Program-made: the position numbers and the translations under genes
Part shown: one piece after another, positions 1 to 13,773 of the stretch
Layout of the letters: the number at the start of each line of letters is the position of its first letter
Position numbering within the stretch: position 1 is the stretch's first letter
Assembly: GCF_009914755.1 (NCBI RefSeq)
Contig: NC_060931.1
Source: the human T2T-CHM13v2.0 reference genome, Homo sapiens
DNA length: 64,000 nucleotides
Strand: one strand, 5' to 3'
Notes under the pieces: generated by a model
The model's database searches: none
The model's input: only the letters and a program-made list of their open reading frames with translations
Told to the model about the DNA's origin: nothing

Positions 1-244
1 AAAAAAAAAAAAAAAAAGAAAGAAAAAAATAAGAATTTGGTATCCAAATAAATAATTCTCTAAATAATTAATAAAAAAATCTGAGAAATGAGAAGGAACA
101 GAACCAGAAGTACTGATGACAAGAATGATATGAAGAAAAAATGTTCAACCTTAGTAGTTTTCAGGGAACTGCAAAACAATACAAACGAAAGCAAATTCTT
201 ACCCAGTAATTTGAAGAGAAAAAAGAAATTTGAGAGTAACAATT

Positions 245-607
245 TGTCTTGGTCTGTTCGGGCTGCTATAACAAAATACATGAACTGGATGAAATGTAGA
301 CAACAGACATTTATTTTTTACAGTTTTGGTGGCTGGAAGTCCAATATCAAGAGGCCTGCAGATTCAGTGCCTGGTGAGGGCCTGCTTCCTGGTTCATGGA
401 TGGCCCCTTCTCCCTATGTCCACCTTGTAATGGAGGGAGAGCAGGAGCTCTCTTGGGCCTCTTTCATAATGGCACTAATCCCACCATGAGTGCTCCACCC
501 TCATGAACTAATCACCTGCCCAAGTCACCACCTCCTGATACCATCACCTAGGGGGTTAACATTTCAACATATGAAATCTGGGGGGCACAAACATTCAGAC
601 CATTGCA
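245..607 (-). mobile_element. MaLR solo LTR (MLT1A/MST-like)
   Basis: tgtcttggtctgttcgggctgctataacaaaatac...cacaaacattcagaccattgca; ~360 bp with typical MaLR LTR motifs. Confidence 0.8.
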
Positions 608-1276
608 CAGCGGTTGGCTAGAGTGTAAAGAAATGATGGTGCACACAGCTGGTGTGAGCATGAGTTGGAAGGACTTCTTTGGAAAAAAGTTTGCCAGTAT
701 ATTTTAGAATTGTAAATGTGCATAGCCAGGCATTATGCAGTAATCATGAATTTTTGCTTGTGGGTTGATAAAGAGATGCTCTCATGCATTTTATACAGGG
801 AAACTTCAACATGTATATTTGTTAAATCATTGTTATTAATGACCAAAAATACAAAATAGAAACAGGCTGAATGTGGCCATCAAGAGAAAAATGGATTAAT
901 TAATTATGGAATATTCATATAATGTACTACTACACAGCATTTATATTTATGCCAACATGGAGAAATGTCAAAACATATAATTAAGTAAAAAAAAAAAACA
1001 ACAAAAAAAAGATGAAACAGTATTAGTATGATACATTTATTTATTGCAAATTCAAAGAAAACCAATGCATTATATTGTTTGGAGTGTGTGTGTGTGTGTT
1101 TAGCATATGCACACACTATAGCATACATGGCATATTTTGCTAGTGGCTTTCCCTGAGGAAGGAGTAAGGACGGGACTGGAGTTGGTGGGCAAAGGATGCC
1201 CTTGCTCTATGTGTTGTAGCCAAGGTTTTGAAAAAGTGAAACTATATACATGCACACACCCACACACACACACACA

Positions 1277-1622
1277 CAGTCATGTGCCTCATAACCACAT
1301 TTCGGTCAACTATAGACTGCACATAGGATGGTGGTCCCATAGAATTACAATACTGCATTTTTACTCTACCTTTTCTATGGTTAGATATGTTTAGATACAC
1401 AAATCTTTACCATTGTGTAACAGCTGCCTACAGTATTCAGTACAGGAACATGCCGTGCAGGTTTGTAGCCTAGGAGCAATAGGCTATATCGTACAGCCTA
1501 GGTGTGTAGAAGGCTGTACTATCTAGGTCTGTGCAAGTGCACCCTCTGATGTTCACATAACAACAAGATCACAAAACATCACATTTCTCACAATGTATCC
1601 TCGTTGTTACATGACGCATGAC

Positions 1623-1624
<2 letters not shown>
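1277..1624 (+). mobile_element. Tigger3a/MER7A-type non-autonomous DNA transposon
   Basis: Terminal inverted repeats cagtcatg...catgacta; ~348 bp matching the recalled Tigger3a consensus. Confidence 0.85.
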
Positions 1625-1653
<29 letters not shown>

Positions 1654-2171
1654 ATGTATATATATACATGGAGAGAAAGAGAGAAATATAGCTGTTAGGT
1701 TTAGGTGACAGGATTGGGGGTATTTATGTTCTTCCTTTTTCTTTTCTGGAATTTATAAAATTGCTGTAACCTTTACTTATAAAATTATTATAGAAAGACT
1801 CCACTAGCAGGCCTTGAGTTGGGGCACCTTTGCTATAGGACTGTGAGGTGATGAGAGACCAGGAGCCTCACGTCTCACTTGTCTATCCTTTTCCTACTTC
1901 AGTAAAGATTCCTGCCCCTCTTCCCTAATTCAGAATTCAGAGAGTATGGCCAGAACCTGCCTGTTGGTTCTTCCTATTTGTATGAGAGAGTGAGATTCTT
2001 GGAATTGTAATTACCCACATAAGTCAGTTTTAAATTGTGCAGAGGTGTCTTTGAAATAGTTTCATCGTTTCCAATGGATAAAAGAAATTTTGCAGAAAGA
2101 ACTGGAAACAGTTTATGAACTTGTTTCTGTGAAAAAAAAAAGAGCTTCCAACATAAATAATAGTAAAAATT

Positions 2172-2490
<319 letters not shown>

Positions 2491-4238
2491 TCATGTTACA
2501 TATATTTTTTAAAAATAGGAAAAAAAAAAGTATTTGAAGGTCAGTTCACTCACAATGTGGAGTCTCTGTGCTGAGCTGGGGAAGCTGGAGGAGAGCCAGT
2601 GTCCTTGGTGTGTGGCTGGAGTCCTTTTGCATGATTGATAAGTGAAAGGTGGTCAGGGGTGCAGCTGCTGTGCTTTGCTAGGTGGAAACCCACCGCCTTC
2701 CAGTATCAGCTCTGTGGCCTTGGCTGGTCACTTTGCCCCACTGACTCTCACTTTCCTCCTCTTTGCAATGAGGGTAATAACAGTGTCTGATGGAGTGGCA
2801 TGAGAATTACTTTGTTTAACAGGCTGTATATTTAGCCCTTAAAACAATGCCATAGTAGTGCAACCAAAAAGTAACCATTTATTGTTAGTATTGGTATTAT
2901 TATTCCTTTTTGCTACTGGCTGCAGGCTCCATGAGCAAGAGAATCCTGCTTGGTTTCTCACCACTTTGTCCCTGGCATCGACTATGATATCTAATAAATA
3001 GTGGTGTTTAATACATAGTGGCTGGAAGAATGAGTCGAAGAAATTGGTGTTGCATTGTGCTGGCACACTTATTCTGTACTGTGAATATGGACCCAGGCAA
3101 TATTCTCAAAAATCACTTGACCTGTGTATCAAGTATCAAAATTGTTCAGAGTTTGTGGTTTGAAGTTTGTACTTCTGGAAGCTAATCCTAAAGAAAGGAT
3201 CCAAAATACAGACCAGGAATTATATGGAAGGCTGTCTTGGCTGTATAAGAACTTGGTAACCTTTAAGAGACACAGGTTGGGTAAATCACGTCCAGATAGT
3301 AAGATACCGAAATGTTTTGTCCAAGATAATTTGAAAATATAGGTAAATTTTCATTATAGGGAGAAGTTGTAGTTAGTTTGGTGAAAAATGCTTTTCATTT
3401 AAAAGACCCAATTTTTATTTTTCTGCCTTCCACTTTGTGGTTGACAAGACTGGCCAAGTCAATATCTATGAGCCTTCGTTTCCACATCTATAGTGTGGGA
3501 AAACAGCACCTGTCTCCTAGAGTTTTGAAAATAATTAACTGTATGTAAAAGCTCTTTTAAGACCACAAACTCATCTATAATTATAATTCTCAAGTTGTAT
3601 TCAGGGATATGCTGCTGACATGATTCATATTTAATTTAGTACTTCAATTAAATACCTACTTGGAGAAACTCTGTGAGCATTAACGAAGAGCAGCTCCAGG
3701 AAAGAGATCAAGGGAAGAATTGCCTTGTTGTTTTTTAGAAGACTTGACATTTTACCCTATTTTAAGATCCCCCTTCCTCCTCCTTTTTCCTGACAGCCTG
3801 TATCTGTATTCAATCATTACCTGTCAACACAGTTTTATTTGGTATGAATAAATATGGCATAATTAGCTTGAAAATGATTCTCTTAATTACAGTCGTGGAG
3901 TTGCTTTATTTGCTCAGCCTTCATATCTAAAGAATATGACACAACGCACCGAGATGACTTAAAACAAAGTCTAAATTTATCAGTGGGATCCTTTTGATGC
4001 ACTCCTGTCAGTGTCTTTGCCCAATTTCTTTTGACAGGTCTTCAAGATTCAAATATATTCAGCCACATTTATTCCTTAGGACAGTCTTGGGGTGCAGGGC
4101 ACTCTACTTGACCGTCAGTCTCCTCCAGATTACAGCTGATGCCCAAAGAGACTGCAAGGAAAGATGCTGTAGTGGTGTGAGAATCAAGTGAGAAAATACA
4201 TTGGAAGACACGTATCTCTTTCCTGACACATAGTCTCA

Positions 4239-4595
<357 letters not shown>

Positions 4596-5850
4596 TTTGG
4601 TCACTTGCTTACCTATTTCATCCTTTGTCTTCCTTTTTTTTATGATTGTTTCCATGACTGAAGTCCAGACTCATGGATGGACCAAATTTGGTCTGTAAAT
4701 GCTGTGATTTATCTGATGATGATTTACCTGTTGTGGTACCCCGAGAGTCATGAACTGGGTGTCAGGAGCCCTCCCATCTAGTCCTAACTTTTACACTCTG
4801 GAGAGCCACTCACTTTTCAGGTGTCAGCTGCTTTTATCTAAGCCATATTATTATTGTTGTCATTATTATTATTTGAAATAAGGAGTAGTCTCCAAGGCTA
4901 CTGCTACCATTTCCCCACCACACTGTTAAGCAACTGCCACTTTGTCATCATCTTCCTGACCTTGCATCTGGGCAAAATGTTTTGGGTCTAGTTGAAAAAC
5001 ATAGGTTCTGTCATTTTGGGGTTTAGTGCCATATCATTTGGGTTAAATAATCTTCTCCTTTCTTGATATCTTTGGATGACTGATGGTCTTTTATTCAGCT
5101 TTCCTCATCTGTGAGCTCAGAAGTTTTCTGGCTTTTTTCAGTGACCGCTCCAGCTGTTGCAGTCTGTCCCCTTGACGTAAATGTTAATGTTAATTGGTGC
5201 TTCTACCCACAGCCTGGGCCACACTCAGGCTTCAGATCACCTTACCTCCAAACACTCCCTCTCACACTCCTTCTCTTTCACATATATTCGTTCCTTGTAT
5301 TTTAAACACAGCACACTGCAATATGTTAATATTGTGGTTTTCTGCAGACAGCAGTCACTGAGATCTGCTCACATATTTATGATTGTGTGGCTCTGCCTCT
5401 CCAAGCTCCTTCTGGGAAACTTTTCTTTCTGCCTGAAGATTACCCTGTAGTATTTCCTTTAGTAAAGACCTGAGAGTGGTGAATTTTCTCAGTACTTGTT
5501 TATTTGAAACTGTCTGTATTTTCCTTTAATTCTTAAATAATGTATTTGCTCAATACCTACCTCTGCTTTGACTATTTTCTTTCAAAACTCTGAAGGTATT
5601 TTTTCACTGTCTCCTGACTCCCAGCTCTCAACGCTCGGTCTACTTTTTGCTCCTTTGTTTTTGTTCCAGCAGTTTTATTATATAATGACATTCCAAGTTG
5701 TATATTATTATTAGTTTTTATTTTTCCTCCTGGTTTCTCTTATCTGTGGTTCAATGTCTTTGATAAGTTCTCTGCCATAATCTTTTAAAAAATTGCTCAT
5801 GCACGATTTTCTCCTGTACTGCTGATATTTTAATTTCACATGGGTTAGAC

Positions 5851-6039
5851 CAGGTGTGGGCAACCATGCCTGCTTTTGTGAATAAAGACATGTTGGAACA
5901 CAGCTACAGTTGTTTATGTACCAGGCGTGGCTTTTTCCTGCTGCAACAGAAGAGCTCAGTTTGCTCCAAAAACTGGATAGTCTAATATGTCTGGAATATT
6001 TACTGTTTGTCCCTTTACAGAAAAGTTTGCCAAGCCCTG
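5851..6039 (-). mobile_element. MER58A (hAT-Charlie MITE)
   Basis: TIRs caggtgtgggcaa...tttgccaagccctg; 8-bp TSD ggttagac/ggttaggt. Confidence 0.85.
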
Positions 6040-7491
6040 GGTTAGGTCTTCCCACGATATTCTTTATGTCACTGTGTATTCTCCATATTCTTAAATTTTT
6101 GTCTCTTTGTGCTCCACTCCACTGGATGTTTTCTTAATATCCGGCAGTTCATTCCCTCAATCCTCAAAGGTCTCTGCTTTTTCTTATTTATCTCCACTGC
6201 CTTCTTAATGTCAACGACTATATTTCTGGTTTTAGAACTTCCACTTGATTCTCTATAGTTTTCAGTTCTCTGCCTAAATTCCTAATTTTGTCTTTTATCT
6301 TATTGAATATAGTGAGCAAATCTAATTGAAATTCTGTCAGATAATTTCAATCTCTAGAGCAATTATGCTTTAGTCTGCTGTTTTTATTCTTGTCTGATCT
6401 CATGTGTTTATTAATTTTTATTATTTGCTGGATATTCTTTTAGCAAATGTTTGTAGGAATGATTTGAGACTAAAGATGCCATTATCTTATCCGGAGAGGG
6501 TTTATATGTGCAGGTACCAGACAGCATGCCATGTAATACAACCTGGAACCACCAAGCATGGCATATAATAGAATGCAGAATCACCAAATCAAGTTGAGCG
6601 TTAGTCCATGGTAGGGCCTGTCCACTTCTGTTTCACTCCTAGTTCCAGAACGCAGCACTTCTGGGTCCTGACCCAAAGCTCGTGGCATTCACAGGCAACT
6701 CTGTCCCAACCCCAACTGGAAGGCCTTGTACTGCAGTTTTTGTGATATTTAATCTCTCCATCCTAGTACATAGTAATTCTTTCTCTTTGGTTCTTGTTTT
6801 ATTTCTTTCCATGGTTATTTTTTTAAATAGGCCCTTTGCTATCTTGGCTAATTTTATTCTTATAATTTTAGGTGTGATCACAATTGTCAGTGGATATTTT
6901 TCTCATTTCCCTTTTTATGTACTTATTTTAAAACCTCAGAAAGTTATTTGGTTTTCTGGGTATGCAGTCTTACCAGCAGCATCACAGATGAGATTCATCA
7001 CAGGTTTTCCAGTGTTTATTGAAGCAATTTCATTCTTCTCTCTGTTTTATTGTTTTACAGGCTTCAAGTTTCAAGAAAATAGTAATGACCAGAGGGAGCA
7101 TCATTTTCTCCCAACTAAAATTTTAATTGAAATAATTTTAGTACATCATGATTTGGAATAATAACTCCCGTTAGATTTTGACAAAGTGTTTTTGTTTCAT
7201 TTAAAAACTTTTTCTGCTTTTGCAATATTTTACTAAGAGTATCTGCTAAATTTTATCAGTGTCTTTTTTACTTCTTCATATGATAATGGTTTTTCTCTTA
7301 TATGTGTGGCTATAAAACATGTTGACACATTTCCATATATAGAACCACACTTGCATTTCTTAATATATCATTTTGTATTTTTAACACATGATGCTGAATT
7401 CTATGTATTTTCCTTTAAAATTTTTATCTGAATTTATAGATAACTTTGGGTTTCTTTCATGTTACCATGTTTGTTAGGCATTTGTAGCATT

Positions 7492-7851
7492 TTGTTTTCT
7501 TTTGTTTTGTTTTTGACCTGGAGTTTTCCTTGTGGGAAGATTTTTTATTATGGATTCAAATTCAGCTTCTTTATTAGATATCGGGCTATTCAGATTTTTA
7601 TATTTTTCATCAATTTTTATAAATTGTGATTTTTTATCATTTCTATTTTTTATTTTTATTTATTTATTTATTTTTTAATTATACTTTAAGTTCTAGGGTA
7701 CATGTGAGAACACTTGGACACAGGGTGGGGAACATCACACACCGGGGCCTGTTGTGGGATGGGGGAAGGGGGAAGGGATAGCATTAGGAGATACACCTAA
7801 TGTAAATGACGAGTTAACGGATGCAGCACACCAACATGGCACATGTATACA
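7492..7851 (-). mobile_element. Short L1PA insertion with 5' inversion and 3' transduction
   Basis: 17-bp TSD taggcatttgt(a/g)gcatt at 7475-7491 and 7852-7868. L1 3' end on the - strand (7645-7706) is joined to L1 3'UTR on the + strand (7705-7852). Confidence 0.85.
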
Positions 7852-9534
7852 TAGGCATTTGTGGCATTGGTATTGAAGTTTACATGGCTTCATTATGCCA
7901 CGGGAAGCTCTTCATTTTTGCCTATGACATGGAATACTGTAAATACTACTAGGATTAAAGGTTCTCTTACAGAAAAGATTGGGCACGTTCAGGGTGGCAT
8001 GATGTAATCATCAGTTTATCTGGCTTTGGTGTGCTTTTTTAAAGAGTAAGCTTTCAATCCATCCTTTGTACAATAAGTGATTTATTCAAATGTTTCATCC
8101 TTTCTTGGGTCCCTTGGTCCATTCTCTGTTGGCCAATATCTTGCCCTATCTTGTCCTCCATTCCTGGCCTCAGTTCTCTCAGCCTGAGAGGCCAGGTTTG
8201 CGTTTGACTTGTATTCAGTTGTCCTGAGCCTTCGGGGCTACTAGGCTCAGGAGGTGAAGCTGACTGAGCTTGAGCCGAGAGGAGGAGAGTCCTGTTCAGG
8301 TTGCCTCAGTCCCAGCTTTCCAGTTCTTTTGTTCCATTTGTTTCATCAACCAGCTAAATCTTTAGAGTGCTGCTGGCCTATAAGAGACTCCACCCATCTA
8401 ACAATACAGCTTGTGGAACTTGAGAAATTCAAAAAAACAGCACTGAAATTATATTTGTGGTCATAGGGGAGTCTGGAATGAATGATTTAATAGAAAGTTT
8501 AAAAAATAGAGAGAGAGCACTAATTGTGCCTAACCCTACCTCACCTCTACCCATGCACAAAACGTCCTGTCTCTTTTGACTGTGGCCTTACTTATTTGGG
8601 TTGAAACTAATCAGGAGGAAGCTCAAGATATGTGTTATTAGCCCCACAAAATGTGTGCTGTATCGTTTCTTTGAAATAGTCTTGTTCCCATCTATCTGTG
8701 CCTTGCTTGTCTCAAACCACTACAATATTATTTCAGAATATATTAGTTTTCCCTAAAAGTCTTTGGTTTGGTTAGATTTCTAGTAGAATAACTCTAAATA
8801 GGCTTTTGATAGGCAATTCATCTCTTTAATTCATCTCTTTTAAAATATAGATTGAAATCACTTTGTATATAATAATAATTAAAATAATTCATAACTTATG
8901 TTTGTACTACTAAACAGATATTTTTCTGAAGTTGAATTCATAGATTTTTTAATAAAAGAGACAAATATTAGGTATACTCAATTTCCAATTAATTAAAATT
9001 TTCCTTTCCTTTTTTTAAATTTGTCTTGAAAATAAATTACATTTTCGTATTATTTTATAAGCCTAAGAAAAAATGAAAACAGCTTTTAGAGAAGCACCCA
9101 AGCGCCATCTGCCAGCTTAACAGTTGCTCATAAATTTTTGTTTTAAAAATTATTTAAAACAAAAAATGATGTATAAACATAGATTTATATGTGCCATAAT
9201 ACTTGAGAAAAAAACTGGTGATATAATCAATATTTGTTCTCTTCTTTTATTAATTTAAAAGAGAACAAAACTAGTGGAAGTAACACTTTTTTGTTTACAT
9301 GGAAGTTGTCCAGAGTTTTCAATTAGGAGGAGGAAGAGAGATTCTTGGCTATTTCTCTTTGTTCTGCTAAGCCTTCCTCACTTTATAATGTTAGCACATG
9401 GCAATAAAAAGCAAATTAGAAAAAGAAAAACATATCAGTATTTCACGTCAATAAACCATCCACTGTCTTTATTTTGTCTTCTCTTTTAGTCTTTTTCCAT
9501 ATACATCCTATATGGAATTTAGATTTTCACTGTA

Positions 9535-9717
9535 AAGAGAAAGAGAGGAAGGAAGAGAGACTGAGACAGATAAGGAGAGACAGAGAAAAAGAGAGACAGA
9601 GGGACACACAGAGAGAGAGACAGAGAGAGACACACAGGGAGTAACAAAGAGAGATAAGGAGAGAGACAGAGATAGTGAGTACAGAAAGGAGGCAGGGAGA
9701 GAGACAGGGAGAGAGGT
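9535..9717. repeat. GA-rich low-complexity polypurine tract
   Basis: Degenerate (GA)n/(GACA)n over ~180 bp. Confidence 0.9.
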
Positions 9718-11336
9718 AAACACTACGTCTCATCCCTGGTGAGCTTTTGGCTTCTGCACCTCTGGGTGTCAATTGAAGAGATCAATGTGTAACCTTCCTA
9801 AGGCCACACAAGAAGCACAGACAAAATTGTATTTAAAAGAATCTGATTCCCAACTTTTTTTTCTAAAAGGAAATTCAAGTCATTTATAAGTTTCAACTAC
9901 ATCTTCTATTTTTTGTGTTTTTGGGTTTTTTTTGTTTTTGTTGTTGTTGTTGTTGTTGTTTTGATCTGAATTTTCCTCTATCTTAAACTCTTCTGGAGAA
10001 TAAATCCACAGAAAGCCTCAAAGCTCCCTGTCAATCGCCTCCGTGTTGTCTCCATTTCATCTCTGCCCTGGCCCCGCCTGCTTGCTACCTGGATTAACAT
10101 TCCCTCTTCCTCCCTGAGCTTGTCTGGGTCCTTTGAGACAGAGAAGCCAAGACCAGATGAAATGGGCCAGAGATTTCCCAAAAGAAACAACTTTGAGGGG
10201 AAATGAGGAGGAAGGCGCAGGGAGCTGTCAGACCTTTATGCAGGTTTGAGCTTGAGGAGAAGCAGGCAATGAAGTCGACTGACCCGAACCTGCCAAGCGG
10301 AACCTAACCCAGGGAGGCGTCTTTCCAGAGCAGGGGCCAGAATAGGCGAATCCAGGGCACTGCCATGGAGAACAAACCAGGCCGAGTTAGCAAGCTGCAA
10401 TATTGACTCAAGAAATAAGCTTAAATATAAAAATGGCTTCGTCTGAAATAAATGTACTAAAAAAATAGGAAAAACAATTTGGAAAAAAGGTGAATTATGT
10501 TCTCAAAATAAACATTAAAAATAATGATATATCCATGGCATTAGATTTAAACTAACTCAGGGAGATTAGGAAAGCTCAAGAAAAAATTAAAATCATATTG
10601 GCCAATGTTCAAAAATCACAGTGTAAAACATTAGCTGCACACATAGGATTGATGAGGACATTAGCTCAGGCATGTTCTTCCAAAGTTGTGGAAATGATAA
10701 AACAATGTAAAAATAAAATGGGAAAAATTGACAGAAAAAGAGGAAATTTCACCTTCCGATAGCTGCACTTCCTCAAACAGACATCAGAACAGATCAAAGA
10801 CAATGAACACAAATTTTGGCTTTAAAGTTTCTAATTGAACACAAATTTGAAATGATCCACCAAGTATCAGTTAAAATCAATGAACAGAGCCTAATTCATA
10901 GACATACCCTAGTGAATGTTTGAATTTCTAGAATAAAGAAAACAAGTATTCAACAAAGATGTAAAAGTCATGCTGGCTTCGGATTGTCTTCTGCTAAGAA
11001 CAGAAAGCAGTGGAGAGCAATCCCCCTTAGGTGTGATGGTGGAGAAAGCATTTCTTCCTGCAGAGGGTTAGCACGACTGTGGGTGTGGGGCCAGCCAAGG
11101 TAGGAGGCAACTCCCAGGACCTTGGGGCATCACACACTTCAAGAACCCTGAGCACAGAACCAGCTGCAAACCTGTCAGGCTGGTAGAGGAAGGGGTTCCT
11201 GCAGTGGCCCCTGAAGCCACAGTACTGGGGCCAGTCCCATGGAGTGTGGGAGGGAAGAAGGGTCCAGGCTGCTGGCTGAGGAGCCATTGCCCATGTCTGG
11301 GCTGGAGGAAGGATGAAGATAGCAAATGGGTGCCAG

Positions 11337-11731
11337 TGCTATGGAAACACAGGGGTTCCCCCTAGGTCCTCCTGGCCATAGCATGGAGAGCCAATCACTG
11401 AGTTGAGTATTGCCAGGGAAGAAGGCTTTAACCGGGTGCTACAGCCGAGGAGAACAGGAGATAAAGTCTCAAATCTGTCTCCTTGACTAAAATTGGGGGA
11501 TTCACATAGCTGGGAAGGTGGAGAACAGCAATTCGGGGTGGGGTAAGAAAGTCATCCTGATGGATGAGGGGTGTGGCATCTCATTCTCTGGATCCTGGGA
11601 TCCACTGAAGTTCAGGAAGGAACTCAGTTCTAAGACAAATATAAATTTCAAGTTTTAAGACAGTGGGTCAATTTCTATGTCTATTTAAAAACCAGTAAAT
11701 ATGATTTATATAGGACAGTTGAGCTGGTTTC
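11337..11731 (-). mobile_element. LOR1-type ERV1 solo LTR
   Basis: Minus strand begins gaaaccagctcaactgtcc...catagaaattgaccc...cttaaaacttg, matching the recalled LOR1 consensus. Confidence 0.7.
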
Positions 11732-13673
11732 CTCAGGAGAGCAGGACCTGCTGCCTGACTGTGTCAACACCTGTGAGATTTACAGCCCAAACTCAAGTCA
11801 AGTTTTAATTCATTGTCTTAAATATTTTCACTCATAAACGGGGAAAAAAATAAATAAACCTAGGATTCCAAAGGAGAGAAAAACAAAAGTCCAAAAATGA
11901 TATAGACGTCAATAGTTAATCAAAACAAATAGAAAAATAATACATGAGAAAATAGAAAAATTATAGAGGAAATTCAGAAACCTAAAAACTAATTCCTTGA
12001 CCAATGAAATAATAGTTTCTAACAAGTCAAATAAAAAGATGAAAAGTATCAAATTTTTGAAATTAGGAAATAGGATATAAGTGTTGTATGGCTAAATTTA
12101 AAATTATAGAATTCCTTGTACTATTGCAACTTTTTAAATATTTGGTAAAATATCAAAATCTCAATTATATGGATTATAATCTGGGTTCACTAAAAGTATC
12201 TCTAAAGGAGAAACAGAAAAATAGAATCCTTCAAAAAGCACATAAGAAATTGAAATAATTGTTAAATAATTTAGTTCCAGAGAAGTTTTAATGTAACTTC
12301 CACAAGGCTTTTGAAAAGCGAGTAATATGTCTCTAGTTAAAATTGGCACATAAAATGAGAGGTAATTTCTCAACAAATTTCATAACGTTAGGATAATTCT
12401 AAACCACAACCTAATTTTTAAAAAATATCTCTGAAAGTAAAACTATATAAATATATACAATTATGTTCATAAAAATTAAGAATAAAAATTTACAAGAAAA
12501 TATGGGAAAATTGCACTTATTGATACAGATGTAAGATAGCAGATTAACTTCATCAAATTACATTCTGAAAAGGTAAAACTCGTTATATAATTAGGATTTT
12601 TTCTAATAACGTTTTTCAGTTACAAGAATTATCTATTTCAATTCAGTCTCCTAAACAGGGACAAAAGAGTGAAGCACAAGATATGTTTTTAAGAAAATAC
12701 CTCCTCTCATTTTATTCTGAAAGTTCTACCTAGTCCATTAATACAGAGGTGTTAACATAGTGATCAGGAATAGATACAAGAGTCTACGAGGGTGTAAGAA
12801 ATTGGGGCTAATTTTAGATGCGGTTAAAGTATTGATTTATGAGTGCAGGTGCTTGCGGCCTGGACCACTAGCACCGGGGACGCAGCCCTGGAGCTGAGAA
12901 GCAGCAGCTGGCCGCTGCAGCATTCAGGGTACACCTGGTAGGGCTACAGGCCCTTGGCATGGCAGAGGAGGAGAGGAATCAAGACCTCCGTGATTCTGGG
13001 GCTGTGCAGAGGAGTCTCCCCTCCCTGCAAGGGGAAGTTTGGAGAAAATCAGTTACATTTTTGACGTGATGCATTTTGAAATCGCTGTTGGACATCGGAG
13101 TGGAGAGGTCAGGAAAGCAGTGTGTGCAAGAGCCTGGAGATAGGGGAGAGGTCCAGACTGGAGGCGTCACCAGGTGCTGGGCAGTGTCTGAAGCCCCTGG
13201 GCTGGGCAAGTACAGATAAGGAAGCATCCCACACTGAATTTGGGGCACCACAGTGTGGGGTGAGGGAAGTGAGGGGACCTTGGTAAGCTGTGCTTCTACT
13301 GTACTGAAATTATCAGTGTGGCTTTGAATCACTTTTAGTAAAAGTCCTTGAATATGCAGACAATAGAGTACATTCCTATTTGGAAGCGCAAAATTCACCA
13401 CATTAGCCTGACCTCTACAATATTAAGCTTCCTGTAGCTTCTAAATCATCATCTAATATGCTTTATGCTAATATAGGTAATTAAAAATGATATGATTACT
13501 TTTTAATTTTGATTTCAAATGGATTTTTCTTTAACTATTTCATTGGTATGCTCTTTTCCATTTTAAGATTTAAAATGTTATTTCTTCTTTTGATTTTAAT
13601 TTCACTTGTTCTTATCAAATGTCCCTATTCAGTTCTTTTAGAATATGGTATCACATTATTATGTAGTGTAGTA

Positions 13674-13773
13674 TTTTTTTTACTTTTACTTTAGGTTCAG
13701 GGGTACATGGGCAGGTTTGTTATATAGGTAAACTAGTGTCAGAGGGGTTTGTTGTACAGATTATTTTGTCACC
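13674..13773 (-). mobile_element. Very short 5'-truncated older L1PA 3' end
   Basis: ttcaggggtacatg...gtacagattattttgtcacc; TSD tattatgtagt at 13657-13667 and 13774-13784. Confidence 0.75.

Noticed and set aside
6682-7161. 159-aa hydrophobic ORF resembling a membrane protein
   Set aside because: The hydrophobicity comes from T-rich decayed antisense L1-like sequence; there is no splice or family evidence.
12867-12887. REST/RE1-like motif (actagcaccggggacgcagcc)
   Set aside because: The essential GGACAG half-site is broken and the 5' end mismatches, so it is too weak to call.
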